DNA from: Octopus sinensis
Lineage: Eukaryota
NCBI RefSeq assembly: GCF_006345805.1
Contig: NC_043013.1
Span: 42,966,001 to 43,030,000, forward strand
Direction: 5' to 3'
Length of the DNA: 64,000 bases
Shown here: positions 1-9,027 of the stretch, piece by piece
Numbering within the stretch: the first letter of the stretch is position 1
Layout: every line of letters starts with the position of its first letter
Program-made: the position numbers and the translations under genes
Notes under the pieces: generated by a model
What the model saw: only the letters and a program-made list of their open reading frames with translations
Told to the model about the DNA's origin: nothing
The model's database searches: none

Positions 1-62
1 AAAATACTAAATTTACCACTTTTATAAAAGGAGATAAATTCTACCACATATGTTGAAGGAAA

Positions 63-800
63 TTATGTATGGGCTTTTGGGTAAACAACATTCTTTGTTT
101 TCTGGTTTGGAGTGTTGGCAAATAATTCTTGCAAACTACCTACCCTGGAGCAACCAACATTAAGGTGACCATGAGAAAAGCAAGCCAGTAGATTTCAAAG
201 AGTGACCTTAAGCTTTATTAATAGACATTGCAAAGCAAAGTCACACTGGGAATTGTGTTCATTTGAACTCAAATGGCATGTCTGTTGGTTTGATTGGAAT
301 TCTTGGAAAGAAAGCCTCTTCCCCAGAGGTACATCCATTGATGATGGTAGCTTCTGTCGCATTAGGTGATAATGTCTTCACAATCAACCTTGTCCCATTG
401 CATAATTTAGGAGGATCTAAATTTCTTAGAAGCAATATTGGGACTCCTACCTTCAGAAAAAGTTAATGTGGAGGAGTTCCAGGTGGCTCAAGTGAATTAA
501 GTAACTCTGTTGAGTAATGGACAGCTTGATTTTCATCAAGGACCGAATCAACGGATTTGTACTTCTTAATGACAGTTGGAATCTTATAAATTCATGGTTA
601 ATCCTTGCTACTGTCTCATATTTTGGAGCAAAAATTGCCGGCACACAGCCATTTATGTGAATTTTGATGATAGGTTTATTGTTGCCTCTGGTGTTCTGTA
701 AGGTTTTACCAGGAGCTTCCATTGCCCCTCTATGTGACATGGTGCATTCATCCCAAATGATAAGGTGGCATTTAAAAGCAGAATGAGCTGTTCGTCCTGC
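63..800 (-). mobile_element. Degenerate Helitron PIF1-type helicase fragment (C-terminal half)
   Basis: Minus-strand reading gives GRTAHSAFK, IIWDECTMSH, LKVGVPILLLRNLDPPKLCNGTRL, RIPIKPTDMPFEFK, QFPV*LCFAMSINKA, FSHGHLNVGCSRVG, with stops and frameshifts; these are hallmark Helitron RepHel helicase motifs. Confidence 0.9.
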
Positions 801-807
801 TTTTTCC

Positions 808-809
<2 letters not shown>

Positions 810-837
<28 letters not shown>
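810..837. repeat. (TG)n microsatellite
   Basis: Direct reading. Confidence 0.95.
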
Positions 838-840
<3 letters not shown>

Positions 841-1654
841 GATATTAAAATTGGAAAAATCCACCTTGTTTATAAAAAGTTTTAACCTGGACTTGCACTC
901 TCCAAGCCACTGGACAGGCTTCTTTCAGTTTCTGTCTACCAAATTCACTCACAAGGCATTGATCAGCCTAGGGCTATAGTAGAAGACACTTGGAGCCCAA
1001 AACCATGTAGTTGCAAAGCAAGTTTCTTAATATATAAATCATTCTTAAAGACATCACCACAGTCTGTTGAGCATTATAAAAGCTGTTGTTTTTCACTGAC
1101 AATAAGTGTTTCACATATGCTGTGCTATGTTTGACTTCTCTTGCATACATCCCTATCAGGATATATATTATCCAATTTTGTCGACAAATGTCCATTGTAC
1201 TATCTACAGGAGCCTAAATAACTCAGATTCAGCACTGTCATATAGAGACATATGGACACACATTGTAAATCATACAAATCATTTTATACTCATTTCAATT
1301 GTGGTTTGAAATATTGTCTAGAATTCCTCATATTAGTTTCCTCGTAACCATTTTTATAAATATGGACATTCTGCTGAATATGAACCTTTTGTGATAGTTA
1401 GTTATTTTGTGATAGTTATTTTCTGTTAACTTTACCTTGTCTTTGTTACGAGGATGACACTAATAATGGAACACCCTTCCCATGTGATGAGTGGTATGTG
1501 CTTGTCATTACAAATACTGTGTAAGAAACCGAGTCATCAAGAAGTCAGTCAAAAATAGTCATGTCTTTACTTGTCTAACTATACTGCTATACTGGAGTGG
1601 ACATTATACAGTCCAATGTTGGATTACAAGTCTTCTAAAATGAAATTTATATAT

Positions 1655-2043
1655 AGGTGCAGGAGTGGCTGTGTGGTAAGTAGCTTGCTTATCAACCACA
1701 TAGTTCCGGGTTCAGTCCCACTGCGTGGCACCTTGGGCAAGTGTCCTCGGGCTGACCAAAGCCTTGTGAGTGGATTTGGTAGACGGAAACTGAAAGAAGC
1801 CCGTTGTATATATGTATATATATATATATATATATATGCGTGTGTGTCTGTGTTTGTCCCCCTAGCATTGCTTGACAACCGATGCTGGTGTGTTTATGTC
1901 CCCGTTACTTAGCAGTTCGGCAAAAGAAACTGATAGAATAAGTACTGGGCTTACAAAAGAATAAGTCCCGGGGTCGAGTTGCTCGATTAAAGGTGGTGCT
2001 CCAGCATGGCCGCAGTCAAATGACTGAAACAAGTAAAAGAGTA
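1655..2043 (+). mobile_element. tRNA-headed SINE, family 1, full-length copy
   Basis: GGAGTGGCTGTGTGGTAAG..GGTTCAGTCCCACTG A/B-box-like head, central (TA)/(TG) tract, GAAACAAGTAAAAGA tail; homologous copies at 917, 7181, 14612, 19640, 20845, 23380, 28560, 34860, 53990, 58355. Confidence 0.85.
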
Positions 2044-2278
2044 ATAGCTTCATAACATCATTTCATGTATGCATTTGTTTTCTTTACTTTGTTCTGTAAT
2101 TTTTTTATATTATGATGTAATTTCAAATTTCTTGTACTGTTTCGATTTGTTGAAATTAACAATTTTTTTGTAAGAATTACAAACCTTTTGATATATGAAT
2201 TACTCTCATTTTTATCTCTAGTCTACCTCTGCAACCATCATCTTCATTTATTTGTCCTTTCAGGATTTTGAAATTCCA

Positions 2279-3085
2279 ATGCCTACAGCTGAAATTCCTT
2301 ACACTCGCTCTATCAGTAGCTTGACCATTCCTCCTTTCTTCACCAATTACCCTGATCTCTGGTTTGTCCAGGTAGAGGCACTGTTCCTGATAAACGGTAT
2401 TACATGTGAGGCTACTCGCTTTGCATATATTGTTTCTTCACTCCCATATAATGTAATTCAGAAAGTACGTGATCTTCTTGTTGCACCTCCGAATTCTGTG
2501 AGTTACGCTACATTAAAGGAGGAGCTAATTAAACGCACCTCTATTTCTCAGGAGGAGCGCTTTAACCAGCTTCTTTTTGGGGAGAAACTTGAAGACCAAA
2601 AACCTTCCCAGCTTCTCCATCATATGCGGTACCTACTAGCTGACAACACCATGAGCAAAGAATTTTTTAAAGAGCTTTTTTTTGCAAAACTTCCTGCCAA
2701 AACTAAAATGATATTAGTAGTTTTTAAAAATCAACAGTCTGTTGAGAAACTCGCTGAAGTAGCTGATCGCATTGAAGAAATCACTTCCTCAGCGTCAACT
2801 GTGACTAAAGTGGCAACCAAGTTACCTGCCACAAGCTGTCTTTCACCATATAACTCAAAGCCTGAAAAAGAGGATTTGCAAAAGGAAGCACTTCCAATAC
2901 AAATCCAACCATTGGAGATAGACAGAGTAAAGTATAGAAGCAGTAGTGAATCTTCTTGTAGCTCCAGTTTGTCCAAATCTGTTGACTGGAAATGCTGGTA
3001 TCACAGGAAGTTTGGTAGCAATGCTCGCCACTGCGTCCAACCTTGTTCCTTCAGCCCAAAAAACAATACCAGGTATTATTGGTAA
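2279..3085 (+). CDS. Intact Ty3/gypsy-type Gag (capsid-like, DUF7041-type) ORF, 268 aa from ATG 2279; no pol
   Basis: IPPFFTNYPDLWFVQVEALF..GIT..TRFAYIVSSL..VRDLL..PP..YATLKEELIKRT, QLLFGEKLEDQKPSQLLHHMR, LFFAKLP, LAEVADRI and terminal CWYHRKFGSNARHCVQPC match the usual layout of this Gag family; polypyrimidine-CAG acceptor ends at 2263. Confidence 0.85.
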   Translation: MPTAEIPYTRSISSLTIPPFFTNYPDLWFVQVEALFLINGITCEATRFAYIVSSLPYNVIQKVRDLLVAPPNSVSYATLKEELIKRTSISQEERFNQLLFGEKLEDQKPSQLLHHMRYLLADNTMSKEFFKELFFAKLPAKTKMILVVFKNQQSVEKLAEVADRIEEITSSASTVTKVATKLPATSCLSPYNSKPEKEDLQKEALPIQIQPLEIDRVKYRSSSESSCSSSLSKSVDWKCWYHRKFGSNARHCVQPCSFSPKNNTRYYW

Positions 3086-3442
3086 TAGATTTACTTGGCC
3101 AGACCCCTTACAGCCTACTTAGCATTATAAAAGCCTTTTTTCAAAATTAAAAAAAAAATTTTTTTAACAGCCAGTATGTATTACATAGGTGCTGTACTCT
3201 TTTGATCTCTCTTACTCTTATAATTTCTATAAAGGCATAAACATCTGAGAAGAGCTGTCTAACATCCACACATGTCATTCAAGAATCAATGTTTTCACAT
3301 GGACTGATACTCTACTAAGTAATAAGCCCACTACCCTAGCCACTGGGTGTTGTGCTATGCCTTCATGAAAAAATTTTTTAATCCTATGAATATATGCACA
3401 CACCTAAATCATCTTTTAATGCTCATTTTTTTTTATTTGAAA

Positions 3443-3998
3443 TATGAGGGTTGGCTAAAACGTTCATAGACTGATCAAGATACTCTCATGTGATGTGATC
3501 AAATGAGGTTTATTTTTAGACATAGCACTTCTTGTGGGCCACACATTTCTTCTATTAGTATTGCAGTGCTTGGATCCCATTCATGAAGAAGCTTTCATCC
3601 TGCTGTTCAAAAGATCATTAACAACAAATATGTCATTATCACTGTAATACTGGTTCCTAACCAAGTGTTTTTCATATTAGAGAACAGATGAAAATCAGAT
3701 GGGACCATATGAGGAGAATAGGGAGGGTGTTCAACCAGTTCAAAGCCACAGTCATCTATTGTAGCCATTGAAACTAACGATTTGTATGCTGGAGCATTGT
3801 AACACCACGATGCCAAATTTTGTCCAAGAGAAGTCGCTACAAGTTACTTTGAAGTCTTCTTTGAACAGTCAGATGTCAGTTTTACCTGGAAAGGAACAAT
3901 GCAGCTATTACTAAGAGTTGAAGTGGATGTATGCAAGATTTCACACCTAGCATCACTCTTTCATAGTCAGCCTATGAACTTTTCAGCCCACTCTTGTA
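3443..3998 (-). mobile_element. Internally deleted mariner element
   Basis: Imperfect TIRs (TATGAGGGTTGGCTAAAACGTTCATAG / CTATGAACTTTTCAGCCCACTCTTGTA); remnant YNAPAY..FELVEHPPYSPHMVPSDFHLF (mariner YSPDLAPSDFHLF motif). Confidence 0.85.
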
Positions 3999-5520
3999 CT
4001 GTCAATAATTTTTCCTCAGTTATTCCATTAAGTTCCATGCACATTTTCATAAATACAAAACTTCTGATGAATATGGACTACATTTATTTTCTGATGTACA
4101 TTTATTTTTGTTACATTTTACATCACCATCATCTTGACATCCTATACTATATTTTTTAAATTTCTTCATAATAGAATTAAAAGAATTTTGCTATAAATTA
4201 TTATCATTGTTATCTCTTACTTCTCCATCTCTACAATCATCATTTTCATTTATTTATATTAAAAGTGATATTGCTCATGTAATGTTTATCATTTAGGACA
4301 TGAAAATAGAATATTGTTTTGTTGTATATGGTTGTGCTGCCACGAACCTCTTTATCCAAAGTGGTGGACTTGTCAGCCATGTGAAGACAGAATTACTACT
4401 TGCATCTGAAAGGACCAAGCAATTAAATCTAGTACATCTTGTGTGTCATCATCATTGTTTTGATGTCCATTTTTCATTGGCTAGGCGGAATTCATTGAGG
4501 TAGATTTTCTACTGCTTGATGCCTCTTAATGTCACCAACCTTCACCTGTTTCCGAATAAGGTAAAATTCCCTCTGGTCCTTCAAACATGAACAGCATAAT
4601 AGCTGGATATGCTTTCACAGAAGACTGCAAACAAATGACATAGTATGACAGTGATACTCATTTTACAACTGTCAGATAATATCAAGACAAAGAGATTCAA
4701 ACATATACTTACACACACATATATACAAACACTCAGGCCTATGATCAGCTTCTATTTGCTTCTGTCTAGGAAGCAAAGGAAATGACTACCATTCCCCTCA
4801 AACTTTGCTTTTGTAATCTGGTTATAAGTGTTTTGAAACTGACCTATTTTCCATTACATTTCAGACATTCAGCATTGAGTTGCTGAAGCAGAAATGTCAT
4901 TATAGCAAATATTCTGCTCAACACCACAGATTTGCTTGTCAGTTGCTTGACCATAATAACCTCTTGAGTATGTCTCTTAGTGGCTGACTATATGTGCATT
5001 TCTGTTCATGAGCAGGAGTAGCCATGTATTGAGAGGGATTCTTTGGGGGTTTGAATAGATTTAAGAAAAGCAAAGTTTGAAGGAAATATTAGCCATTTTT
5101 CATACTTTCAAGGGGCAGCAAATAGGAAATAAGTTACTATCCAAGGTTCAAAGGTCTTGTGGTACACAGTGTAATTATAGGCTCCAAAATGTGAATAAAA
5201 AATATAATAAAATATTGTAACAGAAAGTGTACAGTGACATTGTTGTGAGGAGTGGAGTAGTCAACAGTCCTTTTTCAGGGTTAAGATAATAGAAGAAAGC
5301 TGACAGTGTTTTATGTCTTCTCTACTTGAGTGATTGGCTGCAACTGATGCAACAAGGCATGAACTTGTATATATAGGCAGGAAGTAGTAGGTGAGAGCAA
5401 GAGATGGAAAGAGAAATTAAGAGGCAGAAAAGCAGGCCAAGGAGAGGTGAAGGGAAAAATCCAAGTAAGAGGGAAACTGAAGGATAAAAATGAACTGAAA
5501 GAGTGTAAGGGAGCAAAAAT

Positions 5521-6150
5521 ACATATATAGTATAATGCTTTGAATGTGTTCGTGAAAGCAATCAGCAAGCCAATGGCCCCTGTTTTCCCAATGTAAAAGA
5601 ATGCCATAAAGCTTGTAGATAATAGTTTATAAGGCTGAAAGATGAGTAGCAGAAGTTTGGAGTAAAGCAGTACTGTGACTTGGGCCCAGTGATGGCAGTA
5701 TCATTAGCACGCCAGGCAAAATTCTTAGCGACATACTATCCGTCATAACATCCTGAGTTCAAATTCCACCAAGGTTGACTTTACTTTTCATCCTTTTGGG
5801 GTCGATAAAATTAGTACCAATCAAGCACTGGGGTCAATGTAGGCATTTCATGATGATCATTTACAGGGGAAGAATTTAATAGATTGGCAGTATCAGTATA
5901 TGGCTGGCCTTTATTTTATTTTACGATTATGTAAAAACAATTATTTCATGCATTATTTAGGAATTTTGAGGTTTTTTTTTTAAACAATTCTCTTGTTATA
6001 TGGATTTCAAATTTAGGCACAAGGCCAACAATTTTAGGGGAGAGGTAATTTTATTACATCAATCCCAGTGTTCAACTGGTACTTATTTTATCAATCCCAA
6101 AAGGAGAAAAGGCAAAGTTGATGTAGGCTGAACTTGAACCTGGAGCATAA
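5521..6150. repeat. Block duplicated in inverted orientation at 46640-47339
   Basis: Reverse complement of 46640-47339 aligns over non-repeat sequence and two SINE pieces. Confidence 0.85.
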
Positions 6151-6224
6151 AGACAGACAAAATGCCATTAAGCATCTTTCCCATCATGCTAACAACTGTA
6201 ATATTCATGAGAGGTCCTAAGATG

Positions 6225-6430
6225 GCTAGCTGGCAGAAACGTTAGCATGCTGAGCAAAATGCTTAGTGGTATTTCGTCTATCTTTACATTTTGAGTTCAA
6301 ATTCTGCCAAGGTCGACTTTGCTTTCCTTCCATTCAGGATCAATAAATTAAGAACCAGTTGTGTACTGGAGTCGATCTAATTGACTGGCACCCTTCCCAA
6401 AAATTTTAGGCTTGTGCCATGAGTAGCAAA
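6225..6430 (+). mobile_element. SINE family 2 copy
   Basis: CTGGCAGAAACGTTAGCA..GAGTTCAAATTC..GTCGACTTTGC core; other copies at 5690, 8030, 17745, 26200, 46990, 52412. Confidence 0.75.
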
Positions 6431-7180
6431 GAATATTGACAAGAGGTCCCCAAATCATGGAGTAAGTGTAAGAGAAGAAATTAGAAAACAAATTTATTTT
6501 AAATCAGTTGACAAACAAATAAGTACAATTCTTGAATTATTCTCAACAGGTTTGCCAGCAGGGATTTTTGGTGATCAGCACAACAGGCAAGGGGTTAAAT
6601 GATGTTCACAGAAGGACTGTAAACAATCTTACAAAACTTTGTGTAGCATACAAGGGGGTGCTGAAAAGTTTCTGGCTTTAAGGGTACCGTGAAAGACCTG
6701 GTGGGAAGCCCAACCTTCCAAGTTTTTTTACAGGGCTTAGAAAAACTGAAAGACTGCTGTATGTGTGTGTGCTTGCTACCTGACAATGAAGTCTTGGGTT
6801 CAGTTCCACTGCACAACACCTAAGAAAAGTATCTACTTTTATAGACCGGGCCTAAATTTGTTGACCTGATTTCGTTTCCTCTCATTGCTGAGGACGCATG
6901 GGTGTTGCTTTCACAATTGCAAGATCATGGTTTCAATTCCTGGACTGGGTGGTGAGTTGTGTTCTTGGGCAAAACACTTCGTTTCACAATGCTCTGCGAT
7001 CACTTCGACACTTGGCATGTGGTACACTTTTCATATGTTCAGGTAACGTCGATTTGATCACTGTAAACAACCTTTTACTCATTTCAGTCATTAGACTGTG
7101 GCCATGCTGGGGCACTGCCATGAAGGGTTTATTTTTAGTCGAACGAATCAACCACCAATATTTTTCTTTCTTTTTTTTTT

Positions 7181-7509
7181 AAGCCTGGCATTTATTCCAT
7201 TAGTTCCCTTTACCGAACGACTAAGTTACAGTGACAGAAACACAACACATTATCAAGGGTGGTAGGAGACAAACACAGACACACAAGGTGGGATTTTGGA
7301 TCAGGACACCCATATAAGTTGGATTTTCTTTGTTTTTACTCCACCACACATACATGACTTTTTTTCAGTTTCCGTCTACCAAATCCACTTCAAAGGATTT
7401 GGTCAGCCCAAGGCTATAGTAGAAGACACTTGCCCAAGGTGCCGTGCAGTGGGACTGAACCCAAAACCGTGTTGTCGGGAAGCAAGCTTCTTGTCACACA
7501 GCCACACGT
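7181..7509 (-). mobile_element. SINE family 1 copy
   Basis: Reverse complement of the 1655-2043 consensus. Confidence 0.8.
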
Positions 7510-8214
7510 GTAGATTGTTCAGCAAGAAATTGCGGAATCCTCGGACTGCGAGAGATTACCATCATATTCCTCATTACTCCGATTTCGAGACAGACCCCCT
7601 CCCACTACCACCATACCAATAATATGATAGTAACTTTTTAATCATTGAAAATCTGCACTTTTAATATGATAACAGTAAGTCACATCAAATGCTCAGTCAC
7701 ATTCCAATCATGTCCACTCTATCTTCCTTTTCAAATTTAGTGCATTTGTAACTACATGATACAGAGCATCCTTTTATTTTTTATTATTAGTACGGTGACT
7801 CGATTGCTGTTTCTAGCAAGACGAATTACCATATAGAAACTATCTCGTTGTTGTTCACACTGAAGACCTGAGATCAATGTATTTTCAGTCATCACTATTC
7901 AGCCTTTTCTTTCTTTCTTTTTTTTTTTTTTTTGCTGTGTAACAATGACTACATTATTTCAAGTGCGAATACATCCATTTTTTAAAGACAGTATGATGTT
8001 ATCTAAAGTTTAAATGAAAAATAATGGTTTCAAATTTTGGTACAAGGCCAGTAAGTTAGGAGGTAGTTGGTAAATCGATTACATTGACACTAGTGCTTAC
8101 CTGGCACTTATTTTATCAACCCCGAGAAAAAAAGTACCACTTGAGTACTGAGGTCGATGTAATCGACTTACCCACCACCCTAAACTTACAGGCCTTGTGC
8201 CAAAATTATAAACC

Positions 8215-8594
8215 ACTAGCAGTATCGCCCGGCGTTGCTCGGGTTTGTAAGGGAAATAACTATATAAGCATTTTTAGAGAGTTATAGCCAAAAAATGGAA
8301 AAAAAATTATGGTAAATTTTTTTTTAAATCGTTGACTCATCGTAGACATTTTTAGAGAGTTACTTCCCTTATATAATAGCGAAAAAATGCATTAAAATGG
8401 AAAAAAATGATGGTAAATTTTTTTTAAATCGTAGACTCATCGTAGACGCGCGCTAATACCCAGAAGGGCTCGATATGAATCACGACTATAAGATACCCGG
8501 TTTTGGTTAAACTGCACCGCAAAATGTGGGAGTAGTTAGGAATCTAAATCGTAGGAGACAGACAGCACACAACCTCACTTTTATATACAAAGAT
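8215..8594 (+). mobile_element. Non-autonomous Helitron/Helentron-like (DINE-1/HINE-type) element in the promoter of gene A
   Basis: ACTAGCAGTATCGCCCGGCGTTGCTCGGG start, internal ~80-100-bp tandem duplication (8269-8447), T-rich ..TTTTATATACAAAGAT end. Confidence 0.5.
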
Positions 8595-8892
8595 TATTGT
8601 ATTTAAACTTCAAATCACAACACACTGCGTAACACGACAATGAACCTTCGTGACTCGCTGACTGTGACGCTGTTGGCGCCGAGGAAACGCCGTCTGGGAA
8701 GTTGTCTAAGGGAGACAACTTCGTGAATCCGGGTAATTTTAACGAACAGACGAGATTTTGTTGGAACTGAATTTGATGTGTCGCCATTAAATCAGTGACA
8801 GCAATTCTTAAGAAGGTGTTTTGTTTTGTGTGGTTTTTAAAAATTTTCTTGACAATCACAAACAATACATAGATATATTATATTCATATATG

Positions 8893-9027
8893 ATGGCTAA
8901 TGCTAATGGAGAAATATCTAGTGAGAAATTAATAGATCTAAGGGTTGTGGATCTCCGTAATGAACTGGAAAAACGTGGACTCGATAAAAGTGGAGTGAAG
9001 GCCGTATTGTTGGAACGTCTTGAACAG
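8893..9027 (+). CDS. SAFB: SAFB-A exon 1 (SAP domain)
   Basis: [45 protein letters not shown]|GTAGGA; an in-frame ATG also lies at 8890. Confidence 0.95.

Noticed and set aside
1444-1628. TGTTAC...GATTACA stretch as the 5' LTR of the Gag ORF
   Set aside because: No second copy downstream and no TGG primer-binding site; cannot be supported, though a decayed LTR is not excluded
1655-1740. tRNA gene
   Set aside because: A/B-box-like head of a multi-copy SINE; no cloverleaf
1571-1912. ORF-track ORFs over SINEs (also 1624, 14535, 19522, 33873, 44044, 53864 and others)
   Set aside because: They run through repeat consensus and (TA)/(TG) tracts, with no protein features
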